A stretch of 64,000 nt of DNA from Octopus sinensis (taxonomy: Eukaryota). The position numbers and the translations under genes were made by a program. Below, piece after piece: positions 1 to 12,983 of this stretch. Position 1 is the first letter of the stretch; each line of letters opens with the position of its first letter. The stretch covers positions 9,548,001 through 9,612,000 of the forward strand of contig NC_043009.1 in the NCBI RefSeq assembly GCF_006345805.1. The letters run 5' to 3'. Under the pieces are notes generated by a model. The model did not search any database, was not told the DNA's origin, and saw nothing but the letters and a program-made list of their open reading frames with translations.

Positions 1-63
1 TCCATACAGAATATTTCCATGTTTTGTTTATTGATTTTAAATAATACACAGTCTTGATTCCAG

Positions 64-149
64 GCAAGGAATGACCAAAATGTATGAAGAAATCAAAGCT
101 TTTGTGAATCGAGTAGGTCTTAAACAGTCTCAGATAGCTGCCATGACAG
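64..149 (+). CDS. HMBOX1: HMBOX1-like homeobox gene, first exon in window (5' partial); start of HNF1/POU-specific-like domain
   Basis: Encodes QGMTKMYEEIKAFVNRVGLKQSQIAAMT(G), resembling HMBOX1 KEEIKAFLANRRISQAVVAQVTG. Donor ACAG|GTAAT at 150, phase 1. Acceptor ambiguous (AG at 50-51 or 62-63, both in frame). Confidence 0.85.
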
Positions 150-375
150 GTAATAAACAATTTTTCATTATTCTTGTGTCGTTAATTATTGTTACTTGCT
201 GTAATTTTTTTATGTGCATTTTTAACAAAATAACTAATAACATATATAGCTGTCTGTTGATCTGTTTGTCTATCTTTATGTTCCTATCTATCTATCTGGC
301 TGTCAGTCTTTCTATTCATCTATATATCTATTGATCTGTCTGATGTTCTGTTTAACTGCCTTACTCTCTACAACT

Positions 376-663
<288 letters not shown>

Positions 664-665
<2 letters not shown>

Positions 666-1095
666 AGGTCTGATCAATAAGTATCCAGACTGTTGCCATA
701 GTAACAAAGCTAAAGCATGCAGAGTGAAGCCGCTTGGCACAGATTGACCTTGAACTCTGCTGTGCATACGCACTAAATTTTAACGTTCTGGCTCACTCCT
801 GCTATTTACAGCAATGCTTGGAAGGAAGGTGTGTAGCATGTGATCATTGACCATGACAGAGAAAGTTGTCTTGGCGATACCTGCTCAGAGGCCTAGACCT
901 GCTCAGAGTTGCAGAAAGTGTATGGAGAGGAGTGTATGAGCCACACACAAGTGTACGAGTGGTTCAGACGTTTCCAAGATGGCCAAATAAATGTAGATAT
1001 TGACGAATGTTCTCAGAGATCCACAATGGGTGGAACGGAGAAAAACATCACAGACATGTATGCAGCTGTGAGGGAAAATTGTCAAATTACTGTAC
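664..1095 (+). mobile_element. Decayed mariner 5' fragment (TIR plus HTH region)
   Basis: Starts taaggtctgatcaataagtatcc (mariner-type TIR). Encodes LQKVYGEECMSHTQVYEWFRRFQDG, typical of the mariner DNA-binding domain. Confidence 0.75.
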
Positions 1096-2214
1096 TTCAA
1101 TACTACACCCACACTTAGTTGAGGGTGGCACGGTTTTGTCTTGTGAATTATATGGAGACTTCACTAATGCTGGTGCCATGTTAAATGTACCCAATACCCT
1201 ATGTAAAGTGGTTGGTGTTATGAAGAGCATCCAGCCAGGGAAACCTTGCTGAAGCAGACAATGGATGTTGAGATCTAGTCTACTGGCTCATAAGCTGATG
1301 ATGACAATGATGATGAGGTTGACAATGGTGCTGAGGATAATGATGATGATGATGATGATGGTGGTGATGATGATGATGATGAATGCATCATTTTGCAGTG
1401 AAGATTTTTCCAATCTTTTGGTTGTGGTCTCCAAATTATCAAAAGCGGTGTTTATAGAGGATCATATATACGTCTTGAACTCATGATTCAGTAGTTCAGA
1501 CAATGGGGTAGGGGTGAGGGTGAGTATTAAGAACCGTCCAAAATAGAGTTAGTTGCATTGTTGCATTTAATGTACTTAGTCTCGGTGGTTCATTCAGTGT
1601 ATTTAGTAGCACCAAATACATTTAGTATACTTCAATTATTGATCCATAATGATTGGAACTGAAATTCCACTTCACCTTATGATCGTATTTATTACAAAAT
1701 GCATGTCAAGTTGGTGCAGCATTTGACTCTTGAGTATTTTATTTATTGATTAATTTATTGATTTAGACTAGTTATGATTACTTGATCACCGAACCAACAT
1801 ATATAAAATGCTAAGTTTTCTGTGTTTGATTATACAAATTGTGTTGTTATAAATTATGTTAATTATTTCTCAAGAAAAGTTTCTTTTCTTGACAGACCCA
1901 TCTTCTATTTGCTATTTGCCATCTCTAATTATCAGAACAGCAATTAACAGTCTTCTAACCATTTTAATCTTGCCTAATATCTTCCATGCATTCCTAACAC
2001 TTGAATTAATTTAAGAATTGGGTAACTACTCATAAAATATTTATAGGTGCCCAAGCATGGCCACAACCAACAGGCTGGAACCAATAAAAGAGTAATTTAG
2101 GAAATGCTTTGATTATATGTTTTGTTTTACTTGCTCCAGTCATTAAACTTCAGCCATGCTGGAGCAACAAATAACTACCAGTATAACATTTTGTTTGCAA
2201 TTATCCAACACACT

Positions 2215-2433
2215 TTAACCCATTAGCATTTAGTCAGGCCCAAATATTCTATCTGTTTTAGATTAAAACTGACCAGATCCAACTTCTCACACCTACCCTA
2301 CAATGTCATTCTAAAAATATAGTAACACACAATTGAAATCTTGATGCTACAAAATAATTGCGTGATTAATTCAAAACAGTGTGAATAAATAAGCAATGTA
2401 TTTGATAAAGAAATCTGAATGCTAAAAAGTTAA
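2215..2433. mobile_element. piggyBac-type MITE
   Basis: TTAA at both ends, TIR cccattagcatt / aatgctaaaaag. Same family as 20989-21209. Confidence 0.65.
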
Positions 2434-2681
2434 TTCACTCATGCCAGACAGAGTTTTACCATTCCTTCTGCTTGATATTCTATGCAAAAATCTGTTGGTC
2501 TGAAATTCTCTTTCTGTTCTAATATTCCTATCAGTTACAAACCTTTGACCATTCCAACCCAAAGTCAAGATATACAACAAATATTCCAAATTGTACTAAA
2601 CTATTCTTAAAATTAGAAAATTACTGTTTTAAAATCTCACAATGAGAAATATTCAGCAACAGTACTTTATAGTAAAGATTA

Positions 2682-2938
2682 TTTGCCAACATAACATGGC
2701 AGTCCTGGTTTAGGACAAATGTTGCTGTAATTTAGCCCCAGGAGACATCGTCTCCAGCTGGCTATATGACACGATCTGTGTCCTTATATTTTTGAGCAAA
2801 GGAATCTAGCACCCCAACTCAGCTCAAAACAATATAAGGACACAGATCATGTCGTATAGCCAGCTGGAGACGATGTCTCCTGGGGCTAAATTTCAGTAAC
2901 ATTCATCTAAACCAGGACTGCCATGCTATGTTGGCAAA
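2682..2938. repeat. Fold-back element with about 115-bp inverted arms
   Basis: tttgccaacataacatggcagtcctggttt... mirrored by ...aaaccaggactgccatgctatgttggcaaa; loop about 25 nt near 2798-2821. Confidence 0.9.
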
Positions 2939-3053
2939 AACCTTTATTCTTAAAATGTCCAAATACAAGTTAAGAATTATTTGTTTAAACATCAAATTGT
3001 AAGTCTTGACCAGGTTTTGTTAGACAATTTTCAACATTTCCATTTCATTGCAG

Positions 3054-3188
3054 GTATCAGCCAATCCTATGTTAGTCGATACTTACGTGGTGAGTTCACA
3101 GAGATGTCCGAACGCTGTCGAAGAGCAATGTATGCTTGGTATGTTTCTCATAGGCAGCGCTTAGCCAGGGCACCTAGGTTCAGTTACG
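3054..3188 (+). CDS. HMBOX1: HMBOX1-like exon 2 (POU-specific-like domain)
   Basis: tttcattgcag acceptor, G|gtaag donor, phase 1-1. Encodes GISQSYVSRYLRGEFTEMSERCRRAMYAWYVSHRQRLARAPRFSY, like HMBOX1 GISQSRISHWLLQQGSDLSEQKKRAFYRWY. Confidence 0.92.
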
Positions 3189-3489
3189 GTAAGTTTTCAC
3201 ATGAATTTTGTAAGAAGTTTTCATCGTTTGTTTCTTGTCTTCTTCTCAATGTAAACATCTTAAAATCAAATCTAGTAAGAAATATTGAAGATACAGAGCC
3301 TGGTGGTTAAAGTGTTCAGCTCATGAACCTAAGGTTATGAGTTCAGTTTCTGGATTGGGTAGTGTGTTGTAATCTTGAGCAAGACACTTCAGTTCATGTT
3401 ACTTTAGTCTAATAAGCTATAATGAATACTAGCTGAGTACTAATGTAGCCCCCTCTCCCTCCAGCTGGATGATCCACTAAGTCAATGAT

Positions 3490-4272
3490 AATAATCCTTT
3501 CTACTATAGGCACAAGGCCTGCAATTTAGAGGAGTGGCTAGTTGATTACACCAACCCCAGGGATTCTCTGGTACTTAATTTATTGACCCCTAAAGGACAA
3601 AAGACAAATTCGACCACAGTAGAACTTGAATTCTGAATATATTGGGTTGTCTGGAAAGTTCGTGCCGATTTTTAAAGGAAAGAAAAAGGTCAATAAATAA
3701 ATGCCATTACATTTTTAATCAACCAAATATGAACTATTTCATTGCACAATGCATCTCCATCTTTCCTTTAACTTGAAAATACCCTCTTCCCAGAATTGAG
3801 GTAGTTTCATGGCAAAGAATTCATCAAGGTATCTTTTTACATCATCCAAGGAATTGAAATTTTTACCATTAAGACTATTCTGCAGAGACTTGAATAAGTG
3901 GAAATCTGAAGGAACAATATCTGGTGGATATGGAGGGTGGGGTAACACATCCCAGCCGAGCTGCAGCAATTTTTGTCTGGTTCCCAAAGCACCAAGTGCC
4001 GAAAATGAACTTTCTTATCTTCCATTTTAAAAGGTTACAGAATTAACACAAGTTATAGGAACATAAACCTTCTTCCACGAAACGATAGCTTAAACTGTGC
4101 TCTAAATGGGGGTGTAGTCAAATCCTATTTTATGGACTCAACCATGTTCTAAAATAAGTTGAAAGGTAAGCTGCTACAAATCGGAACGAACTTTCTGGAC
4201 AACCCAATAGCAACAGATAAAACACCATTAAGCATTTCACTCAGCATGCTAACAATTCTTCCAGCTCACTGC
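3490..4272 (-). mobile_element. tRNA-derived SINE (family A) split by a mariner insertion
   Basis: Reverse complement of the family A body at 3490-3640 continues at 4208-4272 after the mariner element. Confidence 0.65.
3642..4207 (-). mobile_element. 566-bp internally deleted mariner (mellifera-like)
   Basis: TA TSDs and 30-bp TIRs ttgggttgtctggaaagttcgtgccgattt. N-terminus MEDKKVHFRH is fused to the C-terminal HPPYxPDIVPSDFHLFKSLQNSLNGKNF segment. Confidence 0.93.
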
Positions 4273-4786
4273 CTTATGGGTCAGAAACGTTAGAGATAAT
4301 TCTTAACTAGTATGTCTAATGGTGATTGCATATGATAGAACCCATGGAGAAGGTGCCTAAGGACATTAGGAACCATATTTGTGCTTGAGTGATAGCTGGC
4401 TGTTCTTTTATACATTTTAAGAAGGCATTTAGAAATAAGTGTTTTATTGTTGTAATAGATACATTATAAGTACTAATTTGTTTTAGTTTGTTTTAACCAT
4501 GTGGGCTAAGACTATGCTGGAGCAAGTAAGAGAGTATCTCTGTAGATCCATAAAAGACCTTCAGAATTACTACACACAGAAAAATACCTGCAACTTATTT
4601 GAACTCACAAACTAGGGATTACTAGTCCAGTAACATAACAGCTTTGACATTTCAGCACTACAACTTAAGAGTGAAAGAACCTCTGTATGATTGTTTGACC
4701 TGTTAGAAATAGTAGCCAAATATTGCTGAATTCTAATTTTGCAATTATAAAAAAGGACACAATGGAAAATATAGTCTTAGATTCGC

Positions 4787-5062
4787 CTTACTGGCACCTG
4801 TGCTGGTGGCATGTGTAAAAGGATTCGAGCGAGGTCATTGCCAGTACTGCCTGACTGGCCCCCGTGCCAGTGGCACATAAAAAGCATCCACTACACTCTT
4901 GGAGTGGTTGGCGTTAGAAAGGGCATCCAGCTGTAGAAACTCTGCCAAATCAAGATTGGTGCCTGGTGCAACCATCTGGTTTGCCAGCCCTCAGTCAAAA
5001 TCGTCCAACTCATGCTAGCATGGAAAGCAGACATTAAACGATGATGATGATGGTGGTGATGA
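4787..5062 (+). mobile_element. RTE LINE 3' tail
   Basis: gcacccactacactc...ggaagggcatccagctgtagaaac...gttaaacgatgatgat tail, shared with RTE coding fragments in this window (59780-60570). Confidence 0.75.
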
Positions 5063-5586
5063 TATAGAAAAATGATGGCTTTTGATGGTCACATCAGTCC
5101 AGGCTGACTTGGTTTTATTTTGTCACTGAGCCTGTTCTCTTTATTTCCTTGTTGTCATCGTCATCTAATGTCCACTTTTCCATGCTTGCATGGGCCAGAT
5201 GAAATTTGTTGAAACAGATTTTCTATGGCAAGATGCTCTTCCTGTCACCAACATTCACCTGTTTCCAAGCAAGCTAATGTTTCCATATAGCCAGATATGT
5301 TTTCCTTTTTGCAGATTGGAAATACACAACATTGCTTCTATGACATTGACGCTCACTTACAACCATCACAAAATGTTAAGACAAGGCTACACACACATGT
5401 ATGAAAGCTTTTGTTTGGCTTTTATCTGGATACTGAATTTAATTTTCAGTGACTTAATTCCCTTAACCATAAATAGATGCTTTTTTCATTTATGGCAAGA
5501 GGGCCTCCATAACTGATGGGTGCCAAAGAAAAGGTGGCAAAGTCTCTCTGAAGATATCCCTTAGTGTCTGTTACATTCACCATTAT

Positions 5587-5945
5587 CTATTTCTTTACTA
5601 CCCACAAGGGGCTAAACACAGAGGGGACAAACATGGACAGACACACGGATTAAGTCGATTACATCGACCCCAGTGTGTAACTGGTACTTATTTAATCGAC
5701 CCCGAAAGGATGAAAGGCAGAGTCGACCTCAGCGGAATTTGAACTCAGAACGTAGCGGCAGACGAAATACCTATTTCTTTACTACCCACAAGGGGCTAAA
5801 CACAGAGAGGACAAACAAGGACAGACAAACGGATTAAGTCAATTATATTGACCTCGGCAGAATTTGAACTCAGAACGTGGTGGCAGACAAAATACCGCTT
5901 GACATTTCGCTCGGCGTGCTAACGATTCTGCCAGCTCGCCGCCTT
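5587..5945 (-). mobile_element. SINE family A, tandem partial dimer
   Basis: Two joined reverse-complement copies of the aaggcggcgagctggcagaatcgttagc...aaagaaatagg element; the right-hand copy has an internal deletion. Confidence 0.85.
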
Positions 5946-6345
5946 TAAAATTCACCATTACCAGTAGTCTGTTATAGCCTCTTGTTGTTATTTTGGTGGC
6001 ATGCCATTCACTAGTTTGTCTTGTCATTTGAGAGAACATGTTGGGGATGACTTTGAGGACAAAAGGAGATCAAGGAAGAACTGCAATCCAACAGTACTGA
6101 ACCTAGAACAAATTTTCCATTGCAACTGCTACAACTGGGTCAGCCTGCCTCTTTTGGCTTCAGTAGCTACCAGCAATCCAGCAGTCAAGCCATGATAATA
6201 GAAGTATAAACTCTGCAGTAAAAAACATCAGGAAAATATATTGATCAGCAAATATTCCTGTATTTTTCGTTGTGGGAACCATAAGGGAGACAATTATGAT
6301 TTGGGTTTTTTTTTTTGTGAATTTATTTTACTTCAGTCGGTATCG

Positions 6346-6580
6346 AAGGCGGCGAGCTGGCAGAAACTTTAGCACACCGGGCGAAATGTGTAGCCGTATT
6401 TCGTCTGCCGTTACGTTGTGAGTTCAAATTCCGCCGAGGTTGACTTTGCCTCTCATCCTTTCGGGGTCGATAAATTAAGTACCAGTTACGCACTGGGGTC
6501 GATGTAATCGACTTAATCCGTTTGCCTGTTCTTGTTTGTCCCCTCTGTCTTTAGCCCCTTGTGGGTAATAAAGAAATAGG
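6346..6580 (+). mobile_element. SINE family A, full length (tRNA head, MetaSINE-like core)
   Basis: A-box-like gagctggcagaa, B-box-like gagttcaaattcc, core ctttcggggtcgataaattaagtaccag. More than 15 copies in the window. Confidence 0.88.
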
Positions 6581-6728
6581 TATCAGATTACTTTAATCCT
6601 ACCATAGTCCTTTATTACCATTTTTGACAGTGACAGACAATATTCCTGTCAAAAATAACAAATAAAGAAGCATGTATGTGGTTCCAGATTAGAGTAGCTG
6701 CGTTTGAATGAGGGAGAAAGTGAGACTC

Positions 6729-6776
<48 letters not shown>

Positions 6777-7765
6777 TGAGAGGAAGAAAGAGTCAGAATA
6801 TGTTTGTTCTGTGTGTTCAAGCACCTACCATATTTTCTGGCCTACATGTCAATGTGTTTTCTAAGTTGAGGTAGGATTGTTCAATGTTCAAGTCTACATA
6901 CATTGTATTTAAGACAACCCACCGTTTTTGTCCACAGACTTTTCTTGAGAAATCAGGACATCATTGGGGCTGGGATGGATCGGATCACCAGAACTCGCAC
7001 AGGGGACATAGGGGAATGGAAGATTTCACAACAGGATATATGATAATGATAATATTGTATAGTGCTCAGGTGCACCACAACTTGTCAAAAGTGCGTATAA
7101 AGCATATGCAGTAATGTACAAATGTCTGGGAAGTGTAGGAGTCAGATACATGCTTGCATGTGTATGGAGGGGAGAAAATCAGGTGTAGTGTTGGCGAATC
7201 TCAGGAAGCATGGAAGTTTTGAAGGGTGCAGTGCTCCGACAACTAACAACTGATGCAGGCAGTTTGTTCCATGCTTCAGCAACTCTTAGCGTGAAAAGAT
7301 GTTTCCAAAAGTCATATAAAAAGTCGATAGAAAAAGAAACCCAAATTTCTATTTGAAATAATGTTTAACTATTTCAAATTTAATTTTTAGTATTTTCTAG
7401 TTTTTGACAATTATAATCACATTTCAGTATGAACACCAAGTTAGTGAAAAGTGAATTAACAAGTAACTAAAAATTTTGTCCTATACTGTCACGGTTGACC
7501 TGAAGTGTAAACAATGTCAATATCTTTCCAAATCTTATTGTATTTTACATGAAATTTGGTCCTCCAAAGTCGTCTTGAAGTATAATTTGACCTATCTTTT
7601 TTAGTGATGAATTTTGGTCTACAGAAATTTGATTTGAATATCAGAAAATATGGTAATTCCAAATGTTAACGTTAAAATTAAGCAGAATTGTGAGAACACA
7701 TCACAGAACTGTTTGAAATTGTTTTGTGTGTTTGTATTTGTGACAGAATTCTTCTATATTTACAG

Positions 7766-7963
7766 GTACAAATGGCTTTAAAGGTATGCTATCTTCTGGT
7801 GGAGACGCTATGGATATTCAATTTACTCCTAAGAGGGAAAGGTTTACATTCCGAGAAAAACATCTAGAAGTTTTGGAAGCTTACTTCAAAGAGAATCAGT
7901 ATCCATCTATGGAACTTCGTGAAGAGATTGCACACCTGTGTAATATGGCTCTCAGTAGCACAG
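7766..7963 (+). CDS. HMBOX1: HMBOX1-like exon 3 (homeodomain helices 1-2)
   Basis: tatatttacag acceptor, ACAG|gtaag donor, phase 1-1. Contains PKRERFTFREKHLEVLEAYFKENQYPSMELREEIAHLCN, matching HMBOX1 RFTWRKECLAVMESYFNENQYPDEAKREEIANACN. Confidence 0.95.
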
Positions 7964-8391
7964 GTAAGATATTTTTATTTCTTCTTGAACTTAACAGATT
8001 ATTGTCATGAAATCTGTGAAAATGGAACTGACCAAATATAACTGGAAGCTTGAGGGGTGTGCAAAAGTAGGTATACAGTTGCTTGATATGAGCGGAACGT
8101 TCTTGAGCCACTATTTTTTTTTCTTCGAGATAAGAATTCTAAGAACATTCCATTCATATTATGCAACTGTATACCTACTTTTGCCCATCTTTGTATTTAC
8201 TAATAATGGTTTCAAATTTTGACTCAAGGACAGTAATTTTATGGGGAGGGGGTAAATCACATACACTGGTCCCAGTGCTCAACTGGTACTTATTTTATAC
8301 ATTAACATTACCATACACAATCAGATATAAGTATGTAGTCTATTAGCATATTGTTGAATACTCAATCATTTGGCTGTTGTCTTATAATGTG

Positions 8392-8665
8392 AAGGTGCAT
8401 GGCTTAGTGGTTCAAGCATTCGGCTCACGAATGTAAGGTCGTGAGTTCAATTACTGGCAACACGTTGTGTCCTTGAGCAAGGCACTTTATTTCACATTGC
8501 TCCAGTCCACTCAGCTGGCAAAAATAAGTAGTACCTGTATTTCAAAGAGCCAGCCTTGTCACACTCTGTGTCATGATGAACATCCCTGAGAACTACATTA
8601 AGAGCACACATGTCTGTGGAGTGCTCAGCCACTTGCACATTAATTTCACGTATCAGCTGTGACCC
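8392..8665 (+). mobile_element. SINE family C (tRNA head plus ccttgagcaaggcacttt core)
   Basis: ggcttagtggtt A box and gagttcaatt B box. Related copies at 3297-3460, 24039-24282(-), 27385-27712(-), 44991-45228(-), 60611-60942(+). Confidence 0.75.
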
Positions 8666-8918
8666 TCATTGTTGTAATTGAGGGAGTGCTCCCTGTCTTA
8701 TAATAATGTTGAGATTAATTAGGTTAGAATGAAAATTCTATTATCCTATACAGTGTTGTGAGACGTGCACAGAAATGTGGTCAATACAGCTGAGAGTTAG
8801 AGTCATTAGTGTGTAAAACAGGTAATGTTAACGAGATAACAAATCGCATGTTAGTCACACACATTTGGATGACAGCAGGTATGTAGATGACAGGTACAGG
8901 TACAGCACTAGTTTACTA

Positions 8919-9313
8919 TTTTACTTGTTTCAGTCATTTGACTGCAGCCATGCTGGAGCACCGCCTTTAGTCGAGCAAATTGACCCCGGGACTTATTCTT
9001 TGTAAGCCCAGTACTTATTCTATCGGTCTCTTTTGCCGAACCGCTAAGTTACGGGGACATAAACACACCACCATCGGTTCTCAAGCAATGTTGGGAAGAC
9101 AAACACAGATACACAAACATATACACACACATACATATATACATATATACGACGGGCTTCTTTCAGTTTCCATCTACCAAATCCACTCACAAGGCTTTGG
9201 TCAGCCCGAGGCTATAGTAGAAGACACTTGCCCAAGGTGCCACGTAGTGGAAATGAACCCGGAACCATGTGGTTCGTAAGCAAGATACTTACCACACAGT
9301 CATTCTTGCACCT
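8919..9313 (-). mobile_element. SINE family B (bipartite, internal microsatellite)
   Basis: Reverse complement of aggagtggctgtgtggtaag...gactgaaacaagtaaaag. Copies at 28960-29331, 42383-42745(-), 57031-57400, 57623-58070, 61487-61865. Confidence 0.85.
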
Positions 9314-9610
9314 AGTATAGAGATAATTAATGAATAAGATTGAATAGTTTGAGTGAAATGATTTATAGAGACAGAAACATCAGAAATATAAGTGGGCTCT
9401 TGTGTTTTGGATGTCTTGTAGTAGTAATAGCAATAATTTTTTTTAACAATGTTCATAACTTCAACTAACTAAATATTTTATTTTATAATAGTTATCTCAA
9501 CCATGCAGTACTAAAACTTTTTCTACACATTACTGCTTCACCTAAACTTCTTTAAATTTCAAAGGAAGTAAAAAAAACTTTTACACATGTGGGAAAATTT
9601 GATTGGGGAC

Positions 9611-9889
9611 TGTTGCTGTTGAGCGCTGTTGCTGTTGAGTGAACAGTCTTCGTTCCAGAGCTCACAAGATGGGAGAAGTCTGAAACGTGGTTCTTTGCTA
9701 TTCGTAAGACCCGCAAAAGAGAAAGCAGGTCAACCCCTGACACTGAGAGCATTGACGGATGGATGAATGCGCATCCAGGCTCAGCGGTTGCGTAGGAAGT
9801 CGGGGAGGACAAGAAACAGGAAGAAAAAGTGAAAGGAAGTTGGGGTGAAAGAGTACAACAGGGGATCGCCACCCACCCCCTGCCGGAGT
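9611..9889 (-). mobile_element. SINE family D, 5'-truncated
   Basis: Reverse complement matches the 3' part of 58613-58996. Confidence 0.8.
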
Positions 9890-10289
9890 TGCTGCTGCTA
9901 CCTGTGGTTGCTTTCAGAATAAGGGAGGGAGGGGAGAGACTTTATACTAAGAAATAGAAGAGAGATTGAAGATTCTCTTTAAGGGGACAGAACTGTTTCA
10001 GGGTTTATAATTTTTTCACAACCACTGAAGCAAGAGGTGCCCTTCACAACTGTTGGTTCGTGAGATGGTTGTGATCTGTAATCAGTTTTGTGCAAGAACC
10101 AGAAAGAGAAGTATGAACATGCAATGTACATGTGCACACTGAATTCATGAAATGGAAGAGAAGTATACAAACGCAATATACAAAATAAAATGTCAAAATA
10201 AAATGTAAGAGTTACATGACGGTCTGCATACCACATCTGACACCACTGTCATGCAGCTTTGCTGCAATTTTCTTGTTTTATCATCATTA

Positions 10290-10528
10290 TTATTATTTGG
10301 TGGCACGTAAAAAAACCCATCCGAGCATGGCAGTTCGCCAGCCTCGTCTGGCACCTGTGCCGGTGGCACATAAAAAGCACCCACTACACTCACGGAGTGG
10401 TTGGCGTTAGGAAGGGCATCCAGCTGTAGAAACACCGCCAGATCTGACGGGCCTGGTGCAGCCTTCTGGCTTCCCAGACCCCAGTTGAACCGTCCAACCC
10501 ATGCTAGCATGGAAAGCGGACGTTAAAC

Positions 10529-10560
<32 letters not shown>
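10290..10560 (+). mobile_element. RTE LINE 3' tail with (GAT)n
   Basis: Same tail as 4787; followed directly by a family A SINE (10561-10745). Confidence 0.8.
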
Positions 10561-10561
<1 letters not shown>

Positions 10562-12276
10562 GGCAGTGAGCTGGCAGAATCGTTAGCATGCTGGATGAAA
10601 TGCTCAGTGGTATTTCACCTGTCACCAAGGTTGACTTAGCCTTTCATCCTTTCAGGGTCAATAAAATAAGTACCAGTTGAAGACTGGGGTCAATGTAATC
10701 AACTCATCTCTTCTCTCAAATTTGCTGCCCTTGTGGCAAATTTTAAAACCATTATTATTATTATTATTATTATTATTTGAAGTTTTTTTTTTCTTATGGG
10801 AGAGCATATGAAGTAATATTTCCATATAATCTTTTTTTATAAGAGTCCTAGTAGTTGTTTTTAGTTTTTCTTACCACAATTATTAAACCATGGAAGGTTC
10901 TCAGATAAATTATCTTCCAGGAATTGGAAACAACATTCTTTGCATCATTTTCCCTGGAAATTAATGAAGCAGTATTTTCTTCTCTGTTTTTTAAATTGAA
11001 AAAAAATATCTCTTCTCTGTACTTAGTTCCATGTTGTTTATTTAAAGTTTTATTTAATGCTCTGCCCAGATATCTTTTCTCTAGAAAAACTCATTGTTTT
11101 TTTTCATCATCAGACCCAAAACAGTTATGCTGTCTGCAAATTTTGGTCTGTCATTGCAGCCACTAATGGCATTGCAACAGACGCATAGAGAGAATACGAA
11201 AAATAGTTCTGTGCTGTGTCTGCTCCCTTATTAAAAAATATACATACTATCTGTAATAATTTGAGGTCTGTTGGTTAGAGAATTATTGAATCAGCCTGCA
11301 GGTGGAATTGTCTGGTCAGAGATCTGAAACATTCAGCACCAGCTTTGATGATAAGGTGGTATTAAAAGCTGGGCTGTATTTTGCAAGAAATGGTTTTACA
11401 CAGTTATTATGGTAAATATGTGCATGGAGATGTGTAAAATAATGCATTTTATGTAAACTAGATTTCTCAGTAGGTAAACGATACCTGTTGCTAACAGATT
11501 AAATATATAAGTAAAGATGACAAATGTGGAGTAAAAGATAAAGACGGCAGATGTTCGTGTTTTCCCAATTGTAACTTATTGAACTCTCGATAATACGGAC
11601 CAGATTTGAATATAAGCTATAGAAAAAAAAGAATTAAAAAAAAAACAACTTATGCACAGGGGAGGTAACTCACAGTTATCCAAAACTATGGGAGATAACT
11701 TCTAGTGATTAGAAATAAAAATAAATTAAAGTCAAAACTATTGAAAAGGTTGCAAGACGCAACGAAAATTTTAGGACAATAAAAATAAGAAAAAAGTGGA
11801 AATTTTACCGGTGAGTGTGTTACACAATATGGCACAAAAAGAAAATGACTCTCTCCAGACGCAATAAAATTAAAATATTTACCGTATATTCTCGAATAAT
11901 AGCTGACGTCATGTAAAAGTCTACCTCCTATTTTGGGCCATAAAAATTGTGAATTTTCCATAGACCCCGTATAAAAGTCGAGCCTAGTATTTCACGAATA
12001 ACAGAAAAAATTTATCGTGTAACACTGTTACAAAATTGTGTGTCTACCTTACTGTAGCCTGCTCTATAGGTGGAATGCTTGGTGCTTATAATGGAATGCT
12101 CAGTGCTTGTGGTAAAACACCATTTAATAGCGAGCACTACACATCTGTTGGTGGGTGCTACATCATCGTTACTAAAATCTGTGCTCATTATATACTGCAA
12201 GCCTGCTTACATCTTCAAGCACAATAAACACATGCGTCATATACATGGTGAGAAATGTGTTTCACAGACAACACTA

Positions 12277-12570
12277 TGGTACTTTTTGGTTATCTCATCC
12301 CTCATTACAAAAATTGGTTTATCTCCCCAATAAAAAGAGATTGGATTAAAAAAGAACCTTTTGATTCGTTACTTCAACACATTGGCAACGTTTGGCCTAT
12401 TCAAATAAGCATGGTATGATTTGTTATGAAAATGTTATTAGATTCAGTAAGATGTTTAGTTTTTTTCAGTTTTCATGTTTATTCATTTTTCATTGAGGGT
12501 TTAACAATTTTTTTAGTTGGGGAGGTAACCCAATTTTTTTAATGGCTGTGAGATAACCAAAAAGTACCCA
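12277..12570. mobile_element. MITE-like element with about 52-bp TIRs
   Basis: ggtactttttggttatctca...ctccccaa versus ttggggaggtaacc...gagataaccaaaaagtacc. Confidence 0.6.
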
Positions 12571-12983
12571 GCACTGTTGGTGAACACTGGCAAATGCCAC
12601 TGTCTGAATTTGTACAAAGGCATGACTTTCATAAGCCTAAAAGCATTCTATTAATCATTAGATTAGTGGTTCCCATGCGACTTTTATATTTTTCTCATCT
12701 CCAAATGCAATAAACACATGCATCATACACTCGTCTGTCGACATGGTGAGAAATGTTTCAAAGATAGCACTATTGGCGAACACTGGCAGTTCAGCAAAAG
12801 AATGTAATAGGATAAGTATCTGACAATTAAAAAAATATAACAAGTTTATCTAAACCCTTGAAGGTTGTGCCCTGCATGGCGACAGTCAAGTGACTGAAGC
12901 AAGTATTGTTTTATTGAAATTGTTGAAATCCTTTGTTGTGTGTTTGAAATGTGTAAATAAAAGATATTATGCTTTTCTTTCAG

